A DNA stretch of 64,000 nucleotides, from the NCBI GenBank assembly GCA_951406725.2, contig OX597815.1:85002001-85066000 (forward strand), in the 5' to 3' direction. Each line of letters starts with the position of its first letter. Within the stretch, counting starts at the first letter, position 1. Origin of the DNA: Octopus vulgaris (Eukaryota). Both the position numbers and the translations under genes were made by a program. The notes beneath the pieces were generated by a model. That model did not search any database. It saw only the letters and a list, made by a program, of their open reading frames with translations, and had not been told where the DNA came from. Shown here piece after piece: positions 38,700 to 52,764 of the stretch.

Positions 38700-39115
38700 G
38701 GGTTTTACTCTACTTCATGTGGTCCCAGATCCAGTCCTATTGCATGGCATCTAGGATAAGGAACTTCTACTATAGCCTTGAGCTAACCAATGTTTTGTGA
38801 GTGAAATTGGGAGATGGAAAATGTGCAGAAGCCCATCATTTATGTATGATGTATGTATGCATATATATGTGTGTGTATGTGTCTGTGTGTTCTGTCTCTA
38901 TGTCTGCTGTGTTTGTGTTACCATGGTTTGAAAAATCAATGGTTGTGTGCATGTCCTGTAACCCAGTGATGCAACTAAAAAATGATTGCTAAATTAAGTA
39001 TTAGATTTTAAAATAAGTAGTGGAGGTGGTCAATATGATTGACTACAGCCCTTCAAAGCAGTGCTCCAGCATGGCCACAGTCCAGGGACTAGAACAGATA
39101 AAAGAATAAAGAGGT
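38700..39115 (+). mobile_element. old, diverged SINE family A copy
   Basis: degenerate similarity along its length. Confidence 0.7.
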
Positions 39116-39779
39116 AAATATGTGCAAAGTCCACCTTTTTGTAAATAAGTAGAAATTATTGTTGCCATTTGTTGCTGTTAATGTTGTTGGTGGTGGTGCT
39201 GTTGTCATCGTCATCATCATCATCATCAGAGTTAATGTCAGCAGTAGCAACATTGGTGGTAGTGTCATCACCATCATCATCCTTGCTGTTGTTTACTCCT
39301 GGGTCATCCCTGATCAAAATGACTTATGATACAAGGAATTTGAATCTGTAACCATTCCATCTTGATCTCTAACATTCTGCATCCAAGAACCACATCAACC
39401 GATGTGTCCTTATTTTTCTTTTTTTTTTTTAAGGATAGTATGTGATTTGTAGAAAATTTTATTACTATTTCTATTAGGCTTGACAACTACCATATTGAAA
39501 GCCTTCTTTGGTTCACCCTGGGAGTGGCAGGACACATTGTATAATTGCAATGAATGGCAGCTTGAGAATAACTTCTTGGTTAATTTGGCTTGCATATTCT
39601 GAAGGAATGCAAAATATTCATTTGGTATCACAATAGTTCAGTGGCTAAGCTTTGTGAGCCCATTCAACATTTTTACATATTTAAAAGGTTGTCAGAGAAG
39701 ATAGTTTTCGTATTTGGAAGATGCACAGGATCTATATAAATTTTAGAGACTCAAGAAATTGATTTTCTCAAATGTCCTG

Positions 39780-40630
39780 GTGGCTCATTAGAAGTAGTAG
39801 ATAATTTCTGCTACCTAGGGAACCAAATTAGTGATGGGGGAGAATGCACGGAGGGTGTGATACCTAGAATAAAAGTAAGATGAAGGAAATTAAAAGACCT
39901 GTTACCTCTGTTGGTCATGAAAAGTTTTTTTTTCTGTCCAAGTGAAAGGAAGATTGCATGATGCATGTATATGGACAGTAATTCTACATGGTAGTGAGAC
40001 TTGGGCCCTGAATGCAGAGGACATGTGAAGGTTAGAAAGGAATGAGGCAAGTATGCTCCCCTGGATGTGTAATATAAATTTACATGTTCTACTGAGTGCT
40101 AGTATTTTGAGGGAGAAGTTTAGCATAAGAGGAATTAGTTACTGTATACAAGAGAGAAAACTGTGCTGGTTTGGTCATGTCATGCAAATGGATGCTGACA
40201 GCTCTATAAAGAAGTGCCGATCTCTCAAAATAGATGGAACATGTGGAAGTGGGAGACCCAGGAAAACGTGGGATGAAGTACTGAAGAATGACCTTAGGAT
40301 GTTGAACCTTTCAGGTGAGATGACAAAGGGCTAAGATGCTTGGCTCCTTGCTGTAATCAAGAAGACTCTGTAGCAGAAGTGTTAAGACTGGTCTCTCTGG
40401 TGGTGTAAACCACTCATGGAAGTGCCATTTAAAAGTGTCCATGCAGTGCCATGTGAAAGCACCCAACACACTCTGTAAAGTGCTTGGCATTAGAAAGGGT
40501 ATCCAACCATAAAAACCATACCAAATCAGACTGGTGTCTGGTGCAGCTTTTCAGCTTGCCAGCTCTAGTCAAACCATACAACCCATGTCAGCTTGGACAA
40601 CAGGTGTTAAATGATGATGATGATGATGTC
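39780..40630 (+). mobile_element. degenerate RTE LINE 3' portion
   Basis: FCYLG, HGSETW and GRPRKTWDEV peptides with stops, then 3' tail and (GAT)n. Confidence 0.88.
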
Positions 40631-41667
40631 AATGATGATTAATTGGACTAGACAGCTCAAGATTTGAGAGTCTTGTCTAAGGCACAATGCAACATCATAA
40701 ACAGGATATGAGTCATTAAACTTCTGCCTTCAACCCAATATTTATTGTGACAATCCTAGCTCCTCACTAATTGTCAGTGCTTATTACTGCAACTTTTGAG
40801 GTTTTCAGAGATGATTGCCCTTGGGTGGTACTTTGTTAAAAAACCAACACTGGCTCATTGTAGAAACTGAAGTCACTACTGAATAATGAAATATTTCTTA
40901 ATTATTTAATGTCCTGCCTACGGATTATTTACAATTCAGTGAAATTAAGCCAATGAAGGAAAAAAATGGAACTTTATGTAGTCATCTGCCCTGTTAGTAA
41001 TAGCAACTAAATCTCCTTCAAATTACTTCTCCCTACTATCTTGAAATGAGTGGGACACATTGGATCATGTAATCCTAGATACACAGAGTTGAAGTGAAAG
41101 ACTGAATGGCCATGGCTGGAATGCTCTAGATTATAGAGTAGGGTAGTGTTTCTTTACTAACTTATGTTTCTTACTTTCCTTTCGATTCAGCTGGAGGGAT
41201 CAGACACATTCTTGCTTGTCCCCTGTCCAAGCTTACTCCACTGCGTTCATCACCTAACCTTATTTAGGCTTAGCAGCCCTTCCTGTTTGTTTTCTCTGTT
41301 CTGTTTTTGTTACCAATTTTGACCCTCCATAAAATCCCAAATTTTATTTAATTTGCTTTGTGGGAGCAACTGTTTTATATCTTGTTATGAATTACTTGAA
41401 ATACGGATTAGAAAAACAGCTGACAACTGATGGAGGGTCGTTCTTTGTGTTGCTTGTCTTGTTTTCCATTTGTTTCTTTCATTGTTCACAAAAAAGTTCA
41501 TATTCCATGTATTCGTATTTTGTAATTTATGTTTTCATATTTTATGTTGTTTACATTCTGTGATGTCCTGTTCCCACATATGCATATGTATACACGTATA
41601 TATGTAAGTATGTACATATACATGTGTATATATGCATATATATATTATTTATATTATATCATATTAC

Positions 41668-41707
<40 letters not shown>

Positions 41708-41732
41708 ATATGCATGTATGTATCTATACATG

Positions 41733-41762
<30 letters not shown>

Positions 41763-41764
<2 letters not shown>

Positions 41765-41951
41765 GGGAGAGTTTACGAAAAAAACAGCAAAAGACAAAGA
41801 CAGGTGGTGTACAAAACAAACAGATGTATTTGTATAACGCTCAGGAATAGAAAAAGTCTTTTACGTTTCGAGCCTACGCTCTTCTACAGAAAGGGACACA
41901 GAAAACAAGGAGAGAAAAAAAATGTGTGTAGTGGCTAACGATCTATCATGG

Positions 41952-41955
<4 letters not shown>
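41763..41955 (-). mobile_element. Penelope-like terminal fragment with minimal hammerhead-like motif (41857-41894); sister copy at 11785-11975 (+)
   Basis: CTTT-CTGTAGA-A-GAGC-GTAG-GCTC-GAAAC-GTA-AAAG; flanked by (TA)n. Confidence 0.6.
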
Positions 41956-41993
<38 letters not shown>

Positions 41994-42159
41994 ATATGCA
42001 TGTATGTATCTATACATGTATGTGTATGTATATATATATATATGTATGTGTGTGTGTATATATATACATATACACACACATGTATATTTATATGCTTGTA
42101 TATATTTATATGCATGTATATTTATACGCATGTATATTTTTGTAGAATGCAAATTTATT

Positions 42160-43636
42160 ATTCTTCAGCAATAATATTATTGACAGTGATGTCAGAGTTT
42201 CAGCCAGCTAATTCACCATCAGACTGTCATGAATTGAAGTTAATCTTGGCGTTATATAGTCTCTCTTGAGTTAAAAGTTTCCTTGGTTATGTGGGTTTGG
42301 GTGGAGTAGTAATTAGATTGTAGGATAGGTTGTGACAGAGAGGTGTTTTGGAGTAGATTTATTGATTAAATTTGGGGTTATGTTACTGTCTTGAATTTAT
42401 TCATGCATGTAGAACTTTGTAAGTAGGTGTGAATATTTAGGTGTGTCCCCTTTGGGCCATGAGATTGTTTTTTAATGATTCACAAGAAAATTTGTAGGCA
42501 GGATTAGGATGTGCCAGTAGTTTTAGTTATTTTGGGTTTTATTGGATTTAATTATTTGCTTTGACAATATAAAGGTCAAAGGTTCAAAGTTTAGTCCAGT
42601 ATCAAAAAACTGAACTCCAAGAGAGAAACATATAGACCAGCAACCTTTACAGCTACCCACATTCTCTCATGAACATCAAAGTACAAGATAAACAAATTTC
42701 TATACTAACAACCCAATGACAGGCCAGACTAATAACCACAACCTTCTAAATATAAACAGGAATTACCTAGGTAACAACAACAGCTAAAGAAACTGATCAG
42801 CTGGGGAATTTCAACCATGTTTCATGGTCTGCTACCACAACAGCTCCTTTATAGGATCCAGTTAGCTCAAGACATCATCAGGAGGGACCACGTCCGGTTT
42901 CGGCCCCTACTCCTCTACTGTTTTGACATGGCGGGGCTCCCCCTTTCGGAGGTGTCTTCAGCTCTGGTGTTGGGTGCATGTCTTCTTTCTTCTGTTCCTT
43001 GGCCTCTTCAATGTTGCGCCAATGAGTGTCAAATCTTTTCCCTTTAAATACCTGCTGCTAGGCTCCAGCAGGCAGCCCCAGCAAGTTGTCACGTGACACT
43101 GTCTCAACTTTAACTGACCAATGAAGGCGTGTAGTCTTAGCCCACGCATTCTCTAAATGCGTCAGTCAGAATGTATACCTACTCACATTCTTTTGTGAAC
43201 TCTTCAAAAATTCCATTACACAACCAATTGCTAAGTTTTTAAATACTAGACTAAACTCTGAACTAATAAAACCCGAAATAACTAAAATAGCTGGCACATC
43301 CTAGACCTACCTACATCCTTTTTGTGAACAGCTAAAAAGCAAACCTATGACCTGAAGGGAACACACCTAAATATACACATCTGTTCACAAAGTTTTACAT
43401 ACATGAATAAATTCTAAAAAATACCATAACCTAAATTTAATCACTAAAAATTTTTGAAAACACCTTTCTGTTACAACCCACCCTACAACCAAATTACTGC
43501 TCCATTCAAACTGACATACCTAAGGAAGATTTTAACTCAACAGAGCCAAGCTTAACTTTCAATTCATTGTAGTCCAACAACAGCTTAGCTGGCCAAAACT
43601 TCAAAGTCATGGCCAATAATATTTTTGATTAAGAAT
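42160..43636. repeat. old diverged inverted repeat (~0.4-kb arms, 42160-42620 / 43230-43636)
   Basis: colinear reverse-complement blocks such as GGATGTGCCAG/CTGGCACATCC and TATTTAGGTGTG/CACACCTAAATA. Confidence 0.75.
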
Positions 43637-44578
43637 ATCCTTTCTCCTCCTTCTGACAGAATGCTATGCTTGAAACACTAAAAACTCACTTTTTTTCCAA
43701 CCTTTACTGAGTGTGAAGCTAACACATTCCATATGTATGTCCTCTTGTTGTTTTGTTATTGTTATTTTTAATGATCAATTGTTAATGTTCAGTTTTTAAT
43801 GTTCAATTTGACTATATATATATATACGCACACACTGATCATTACCAACGTCGCTTCACTGGCACCCGTGTCGGGGGCACGTGTAAAAGATTCGAGTGAG
43901 GTCATTGCCAGTACCGCCTGACTGGCCTCCGTGCAGGTGGCACGTAAAAAGCACCCACTACACTCTCGGAGTGGTTGGCGTTAGGAAGGGCATGCAGCTG
44001 TAGAAACTCTGCCAGATCAAGACTGGAGCCTGGTGCAGCCATCTGGTTGCCAGCCCTCAGTCAAAACCATCCAACCCATGCTAGCATGGAAAATGGATGT
44101 TAAACGATGATGATGATGATGATGATATATATATACATATATGTATTACATTTCCAATATAAGTAGGATTCATCTAGAGAGAGAGAGAGAAGTAGCAAGG
44201 CATATTTTGTTATGTAGGATGTGGAGACTTTGCTTGGCTGAGAAAAGAATCATATTGAAGAACTCTCCTTACCCAGGTACCAACCCAAACTGTTTTGTTT
44301 TTTGCTTCTGTCTTAGAAATTTAATTCTGTACCTTAGAACATTTATTTCTATGCAAATTATAGTGCTCTTAACATCTTGATTCATTCATTTATATATTCT
44401 TTAATTTTTTTCACCAACTTCAGTCATTTTTGTATAACTATTTTACTGTGCTGTGGCTTACAGCAATAAATTACTTCATAGAGCAGCATTTAAGGCTAAG
44501 TACACTTGACCACTGATCAATCATTTCAAATTAACTGGGTTGATCCCTAAAATAACTAGGATATAATTATTACATAAG

Positions 44579-44880
44579 TGGAGGCACATGGCCTAGTGGT
44601 TAGAGCAGCAGACACACAGTCGAGGGATCACGGGTTCGAATCTCAGACCGGGCGATGTGTGTGTTTATGAGTGAAACACCTAAGCTCCACGTGGCTCCGG
44701 CAGAAGGTAATGGCAAACTTCTGCTGACTCTTTCACCACAATTTTCTTTCACTCTTTCCTCCTGCATCTTGCAGCTCACCTGCGACGGACCGGTGTCCCG
44801 TCCAGGTGGGGAACCTATACGCCAAGGAAACCAGGAAACTGGCTCTTATGAGCCAAGCATGGCTTGAGAAGGAACAAACA
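44579..44880 (+). mobile_element. SINE family B
   Basis: colinear match to 6752-7048. Confidence 0.88.
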
Positions 44881-45337
44881 ATTATTACATAGGCAGTATC
44901 CCCACCTCTCATGCTCCTTTTATCAACCGGCAATTATATAACTGGCCTGAGAAGCATGAATGGTGAAGCGGACTTGGGTAGGATTTGAACACAGAATGTC
45001 AAAAAGTCAAAGCCAAACACACCAAGTATTTTTCTTGACACTTTACAAATTTTCCATCTGCTGTCCTATATATAATATCATGAATCTTAAATTAAACTAT
45101 TCTAAATAAGTGAGTTTGTAAGAACTTTGCTGCTTTGAATTTTTATTGCATTGACTAACAATACTAACCAAACACTCTGACAGAAAAAGAAAACACAAAA
45201 CACATTTGAACTATAAAATTGGTTTCATTAGCTGAAATAACCTAACATACCAGAGTGGTGTGTAGATATAAACATAGTTAAGTGCAAATGTTTAATAGGA
45301 TTTGGTTTAATGCTGGTGGTGGTGGTATGTTTCTATG

Positions 45338-45868
45338 TGGAGGTGCAATGGCCCAGTGGTTAGGGCAGCGGATTTGCAGTCGGAGGATCGTGGTTTTGAT
45401 TCTCACACTGGGCGTTGTGAGTGTTTATTGAGGGAAAACACCTGAAGTTCCACGAGGCTTTGGCAGGGGGTGGGGTATGTTTCTATGTGGAGGTGCAATG
45501 GCCCAGTGGTTAGGGCAGCGGATTTGCAGTCGTAGGATCGCGATTTTGATTCTCACACTGGGCGTTGTGAGTGTTTATTGAGCGAAAACACCTGAAGCTC
45601 CACGAGGCTTTGGCAGGGAGTGGTGGCAAACCCTACTGCATTCTTTCACCACGATTTTCTCTCACTCTTTCTTCCTGTTTCTGCTGTACATGTATTTTAA
45701 AGGGCCAGCCTTGTCACACTCTGTGTTATGCTGAATCTCCCCGAGAACTACGTTAAGGGTACACGTGTCTGTGGAGTGCTCAGTCACTTGCACATTAATT
45801 TCACGAGCAGTCTGTTCCATTGATCGGATCAACTGGAGCCTTCGTCGTCGTAACCGACAGAGTGTCAA
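45338..45868 (+). mobile_element. SINE with family-B-like head (head tandemly duplicated, ~150-bp unit) and a different tail
   Basis: 45325-45474 repeated at 45475-45620; tail shared with 14065-14146 (+) and 31415-31595 (-). Confidence 0.85.
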
Positions 45869-46991
45869 GATGTTTCTATGTTTGCTATGACACCCATAGT
45901 GGTGGTACTGGTTCTAGTATGTATCTGTGTCACATGGTGGTGACAGTGGTGGGAGTAACAGTGGCAATGGTGTTATAATGGTTGTATGTTGTTATTATTG
46001 TTATTTAGCCCCAGATCCATGATCAAAGGTTTACAGGCCATGACCATTCCATTTAATTTTCAGGTAACTAGGTCTTCATTATCCAATGTGTTTTTCATTT
46101 TTAAAGGTAAGATTATGTGAGGGCTTTGACTGTTATTTCTAGCAGTGTGGTGCCTCTATGTGGGGTACAGCCTCCTAGTGGTTATGATTGTGACAGTGTT
46201 AGTGGTAGCATTTATGGTTGTGTTATCGGTGTTAATATTTATAAATGTCTAAGGCAGCAATCAAGCAGAACCATTAGCATGCCAGACAAAATACTTAGTG
46301 GCATTTCACCTGTCTTTATATTCGGAGTTCAATTTCCACCAAGGTGGACTTAGCCCTTCATCCCTTCAGGGTCAATGAAAAAGATTCCAGTTACGTATTG
46401 GGGGTCAATGTAATCAAATTATCCCTTTCTCCCCAAATTGCTGGCCTTGCATCAAAACTTAAAACCAACATTTATCAATGCTTAGTAACACACTTGGAGT
46501 TGAGAGTGGCAGTGGTGGTGGTGCTGGTGGTGGCAGTAAGCCGAATTTGTATGAGTTATGATACCAGTTGTAGTGATGGTAAAGGTGGTGATGTACTGTG
46601 TATGGTATAATATTAGAAGTTCAGATAGCAGTAGTGGGGAAGATGGTAGGGTGTGTGTGTGTGAATGCTTATAGCATGGTGCTAATGTTAATGATATTAA
46701 TAGTGTTAATAATGGTACCATTACTACAAGTATGTGAGTGGTATGAGACTAGTGTTAGTGGTGGTGGTGGTGGTGGTGGTGGTGATGCTCTCCTACCTAC
46801 CCAATCTCTGTATCCCTGACTGACAAAATCAATATGATTTGCTGTTAAACAGGGACTTTTCCATGTTGATATTTGGAAAGAAAGTGTGGACAAGGAATGA
46901 TTTCCAGAGAGGCATATTTCTGAGATGGAAATATGGGAAAAGAAAGAAAAAAAAGTATTTCATCTGGGGTTTTTAGGATGTGACAAATTAA

Positions 46992-47307
46992 CCTCTTAGC
47001 ATATTCTCCCATATATATTTTCATTCAAAGATGTCTAGTAAATATAGATTTGAATGAAAATATACGTTCATTTTACATATATCTGTCACTTTTTTCTAAC
47101 TTATTTCTACTTCATTCATGATGTTATTCCCATTTTCTATCATTAACTATCAGTAATGATCATTTCTATCAGTAACTTTATAATAAATCATAACTAATCC
47201 AAAATAATTTGTGTACTTATTCTTCTTTATATACAGACTCAAAATAAATAATAAAAAAATATGATATTTTTTGCATGGAAATTTTTAAAAATATGTGTGT
47301 TAAGAGG
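46992..47307. mobile_element. TTAA-flanked MITE (piggyBac-like); related TTAA elements at ~8022-8208, ~2360-2497 and ~9830-9970
   Basis: TTAA|CCTCTTAGCA ... TGTTAAGAGG|TTAA. Confidence 0.7.
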
Positions 47308-47677
47308 TTAAGGATAGATAATTAGAGGAAAAGAGGTTAGTGCTTTTGATAGGCTTCAGCTGAATGCTAAATTTATTGCAATGCTTGTACTAGGGTATAA
47401 GCTGTTAGGATAAGAGTGATAGGGGTGACCAAGCTGGGACACTGCCTTTTTGGGTATTTAGTTAAACAAATCACCTCCAGGATTTTTACTGAACTACTAA
47501 ATCATGGGGATATAAACAAGTTGTCAAACACTGGTGGTGGGTAAGCACCAACACAAAGAGACACATACATACATACATACATACATACATACATACATAC
47601 ATACATACATACGTACATACATACGTACATACATACATACGTACATACATACATACATACATGCATACATACATACA

Positions 47678-47850
47678 CCTATCATTATAGGTGCATTAGG
47701 TTATGTACCAACAAATTTGCCAAAAAAAAAACCTTGAAATACACAGTTTCACTGACAAAGAGCAAAAGAAGCTGATGTAGATTCTCCAAAATCCAATCTA
47801 TTAGAGGCAAAGTGAAGATTTGTATGGCATTCAAAAGATTCGCCATCTGA
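47678..47850 (+). mobile_element. short remnant of an RLE-type non-LTR element C-terminus
   Basis: PIIIGALGYVP peptide directly after (TACA)n. Confidence 0.55.
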
Positions 47851-48014
47851 GAGTGTTTAGGTGAATAAATGCACACACTTAAGTTGTGTGCATCGACAGC
47901 TCAACCAACACACCAACATAACATATTTACAAGCACCAGGAATTCTCTTAACCCCAAAAGTCTTACACTTTGTAAGCAACCAGCTTGAATTTTTTTAAGG
48001 AAAAACCTTAGATA

Positions 48015-48432
48015 GGCATAGGAGTGGCTGTGTGGTAAGTAGCTTGCTTACCAACCACATGGTTCCAGGTTCAGTTCCACTGCATGGCACCTTGGACAAG
48101 TGTCTTCTACTATAGCCTCGGGCTGACCAAAGCCTTGTGAGTGGATTTGGTAGACAGAAACTGAAAGAAGCCTGTCGTATATATGTGTATGTGTATGTGT
48201 GTGTGTGTGTGTATATGTGTGTGTTTGTGTGTCTGTGTTTGTCCCCCCAACATCGCTTGACAACCGATGCTACTGTGTTTACGTCCCCGTAACTTAGCGG
48301 TTCGGCAAAAGAGACCAATAGAATAAGTACTAGGCTTACAAAGAATAAGTCCTGGCTGTTGATTTGCTCAACAAAAGGCGGTGCTCCAGCATGGCCACAG
48401 TCAAAATGACTGAAACAAGTAAAAGAGTAAAG
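48015..48432 (+). mobile_element. SINE family A
   Basis: full-length match. Confidence 0.9.
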
Positions 48433-48489
48433 ATAAAATGCAAAGAAAAGTTATACATGCATACATACATACATATATGCATACATAAG

Positions 48490-49190
48490 CACACTGAGAG
48501 AAAAGTTGGACATGAGAAACATCAGGTGTGGTGTGCAAGAGAGATGACTGTGCTGGTATGGTTATGTGCTGTGTATGGACAAGGACAGCTGTGCGAAAAA
48601 GTGTCACAGCCTAACAGTGGAGGAAACACGTGGAAGAGGTAGACTTAGGAAGACCTGGGATGAGATGGTGAGCATGACCGTCAGATGTTGGGCCTCGTAG
48701 AGGCAATGGCAAGCGACCGAGATGATAACTATAGCCTATTCCAGTGTCACATAACTGACCCATTTAAGAGTACCATTCAATAATTGGGCAATGTACTGTG
48801 CTCGAGAAGACCTGTTGAGTCAAGTGAAATCATTGTCATGGCCGATGCCAGTACTGTCTGACTGGCACCTGTGCCGGTGGCACGTAAAAATCACCATTTG
48901 TGCATGGTCAATGCCAGTTCCACTAGACTGGCTCCTGTGCTGGTGGCACGTAAAAAGCACTATTTGAATGTGGTCATTGCCAGTGTTACCTGACTGGCTC
49001 CCATGCTGGTGGCACATAAGAAGCACCATTTAAGCATGGTCATTGCTAGTGCTGCCTGACTGGCTCCCATGTAGGTGGCATGTAAAAAGCACCATTCAAG
49101 CATGGTCAGTGCCAGTACTGCCTGACTGGCCCTGTGCCAGTAGCACATAAAAGTACCCACTACTCTCTCAGAGTGGTTGGCATTAGGAAG
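48490..49190 (+). mobile_element. RTE LINE 3' portion
   Basis: GRGR.RKTWDE coding and UTR subrepeats. Confidence 0.85.
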
Positions 49191-49358
49191 TATATGCATG
49201 TATCTCATCAGTGAATCATATATCTGAAAAAGAAGCACACTCTAAATTTAGACCAGTAATGTATTAACTTCATGTAATATATATGTGTGTATGCATGTAT
49301 GTATGTATGTATGTATGTATGTATGTATGTATGTATGTATGTATGTATGTCTGTTTGT

Positions 49359-49425
<67 letters not shown>

Positions 49426-49428
<3 letters not shown>

Positions 49429-49915
49429 GGTTGGGTCATCAGCGACTAAACTGGCAACCCCAACAAGCAAAGGTGTTTATTGGACACCCTGCGGGATGAA
49501 AAACAAAACCCGTCAAAGGGCGGAGGAACTCTTGAGAGTCAACGGCCATCCAATAAATGTCTTAAGGCTGTATTATGCGCGGGGACATAGAAATAATCGG
49601 ACTGAATACCCGATCGCGTGGTTAAACCATTGGAAGTGAAGGACTCCTAGCCTTTGTTAGGGCATCCTTCTAGGAGAAGGTAACTCAGGTAACTGGGATA
49701 ACTCCGACATAAAACCTGCGGCTCAGTGGTTACCGATGATGTTGACTTGTTCTTCTTTTCAGATTAAGGCTGCTGTTGCTTAGTGAGTGGGATTGACTCA
49801 GTGCACAGCCTTTCCTCACTTAAAAAAGAAATCTTCTTGCACAGGCATTGCACGATAACAACATTGATTAAACTTCGTGCAATGGCCATATTTGATAATG
49901 AGGGCGCAGCCACCA
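49426..49915 (+). mobile_element. unclassified ~0.5-kb element in (TA)n, 5'-shorter copy
   Basis: highly similar reverse-complement copy at 63086-63640. Confidence 0.85.
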
Positions 49916-49929
49916 CATATATATATATA

Positions 49930-52508
49930 TATGTATCCAACCACATGGTTCTGGGTTCAGTCCCACTGTGGCACCTTGGGCAAGTGTCTTCTACTGTAGC
50001 CTTAGGCTAACCAAAGCTTTGTGAGTGGATTTGATAGACAGAGGCTGAAAGAAGCCCATCGTTTATATGTGTGTGCATATGTGTTTGTGTGTGTGTGTGT
50101 GTGTGCGCGCGCGCGTGTGTGTGTATGTGTGTGTGTCTGTGTGTGTGACATAACTTAGCGGTTTGGCAAAAGAGACTGATGGAATATGTACTAGGCTTAC
50201 AAAGGTAGTGACAAAAAATAATGATGCGGGACTCTGTCCTGGGGTCAATTTATTTGCCTGAAGACGATGCTCCAGTATGAGCACAGTCAAATGACTGAAA
50301 TAAATAAAAGAATATATTTATATATGAAGGGATTCCACACAGTTTCCATCAACCAAATTCACTCACAAGACATTGGCCAGCCTAGGCAAATAATAGAAGA
50401 CACCTGCTCAGTGTGTGAGGGTGGTGTGCAGCAAGACTAAGTTACAAACCACATGGTTGCAAAGTGACCTTCTTGACCACAAAGCCATACTAACAAAATA
50501 ATGAAAATAGTGAAAAGGTACAAAGCCAAAACTGTGTTTCAAACCTACATACTTTCCCATTAAAGCACAGTAATAGCTCTCAATTTCAAATATGCTCTAT
50601 GTGCAGTGAACCATGTCACTGCACATGAACAGAAAGCGGGTATATTTTTATTTTTTACCTTAAGCTTGTTCCAGTCATTAGAATGTGACCATGCTGGAGC
50701 AATGCCTTGAAGAATTCCAGCTGAAAAAAATTGACCAGGCCCACCCACCTAGTATTTTTTAAGCCTGGTATTATTCTATCAGTCTTTTGTACTGAACTGC
50801 TAAGTTACAGGAATGTAAACACACCAGTACCAGTTGTCAAGGCAGTGGTGGGAGACAAACACAGACACAAAGACACACACATACACATGCATATATATAT
50901 ATATATATATTGCAAATAAGAAAATGTAGGAGAACAATGGGTGGTTCATCAACTTTTGGACATTAAAATGTTAACTTATTTATTTATTAAACTGATAATT
51001 ATAACATATATATATATATATTACATATCTACATACATAGATGCATTGGGCTTCTTTCAGTTTCCAGTTTCCATCTATCAAACTTACTCACAAGGCTTTG
51101 GTCAGCCCAAGGCTATAGCAGAAGGCACTTGCCCAAAGCATCACCACACTGTGGGACTGAACTTGGGATCATGTAGTTGAAAAGTAAACTTCTTATAACA
51201 CAGCTACGCCTGCACCTCTAGATGAAAACAATATTTTTTTCATAAAAATGTCTAGCTGATATGAATTATATTCAGACTTGTTAACCATGTGTACAAACTG
51301 CAAAAGATTTTTCACTCAAGACATGTCTTGACCATGCTGCAGATTCAGGCTCCATTATATAGGTTTATTTCCTAAAATAAAATGAATAAATAAAATCTCA
51401 GCTTCTTTGATGCTGTTACTATTGAAATAAACTTTCTGAGTTCAATTCAACAGTGACAGAACAATATTAAGTCAGACTAAAAAGAGGTGATGTCGATTTG
51501 TAAGGGAATTCACCAAAATGAGATAAAAATATAATACAAAGAAAGAAAAATGTGTCCTAGTTAACATTTGCAATGAAAATCACTGAGGCTATGAAGAAAT
51601 TGCTTGAGTATTGAAAGGAGTGACAATAGAAAATGAAAAGTGACAAAGGTAAATGAAACACACATAGCATACATATAACATACATACAGTGTCTCACAGA
51701 CAGCCATACACCCACACATACACACATATACTAAGAGAAGTGAAGTGGCCAAGAAAGGAATTTTGACTCATCAACGATTATATGATTATGCGTAGGTTGT
51801 TAAATAACTGGATATAATAGCATACGTGCTCATTTTTAAAGTTACCTGTTTGAAAAGGATATTGTAGTTGCTTCCTAACACTTGAAAAGATACACGCACA
51901 TTCACACACATACACACACACACACACATACGCATTCACACACATCTCTACATATCTCTTATTTGTTTCAGTCATTAGACTGTGCCCATGCTAGGGCACC
52001 GGCTTCAAGAATTTCTTTTTTATTTTAGTAGAATGTGTTGGCCCCAGTATTTCATTTTTTAAAACATGGTACTTATTCTATCAGTCGCTATTGCTAAACT
52101 GCTACGTGATGGGGATGTAAACACACAAGCACCAGTTGTCAAGTAATGGATGGGTGGGAAAAAAACCAGACACACACACACACACACACATTCTTCTATT
52201 TTTTTATATTCTTTTACTTGTTTCAGTAATTTGACGGTGGCCATGCTGGAGCATCACCTTTTAGTCGAAGAAATTGACCCTTGAACTTATTCTTTGTAAG
52301 CCTGGTGCTTATTCTACCAGTCTCTGCTGCTGAACAACTAAGTTACAGGTATGTAAACACACCAACATCAGTTGTCAAGCAATGGTGGTGGAGACAAAGA
52401 GACACAAACACTCACACATAAATATATACATATGACAGGCTTCTTTCAGTTTCTGTCTTCTAAATCCACTTACAAGCTGGCCTGAAGCAAGGTGCTATGC
52501 AGCAGGAC

Positions 52509-52566
<58 letters not shown>

Positions 52567-52764
52567 GGTCCCGGGTTGAGTCGGGGTTAACCACAGTAAA
52601 TAAGGTACTCAATACATAGCAGAGTAAATTAATTTATTTTATAGAAGGAGTTTACAGGACTAGAACTGTTTCATTCAAAAGAAATCATCAGGAAGCATCA
52701 GGAGCTTCCTGATGATTTCTTTTGAATGAAACAGTTCTAGTCCTGTAGAAGCTCCTTCTATAAA

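Noticed and set aside
41529-42269. ORFs rich in YI/CV/HT dipeptides (also 4264-4517, 17252-17589, 49248-49639, 63501-63892)
   Set aside because: Translations of microsatellites.
48850-49160. ~60-bp GGCAC.TAAAAAGCACC repeats with variable interiors
   Set aside because: Internal subrepeats of the RTE 3' UTR seen in many copies across the window.
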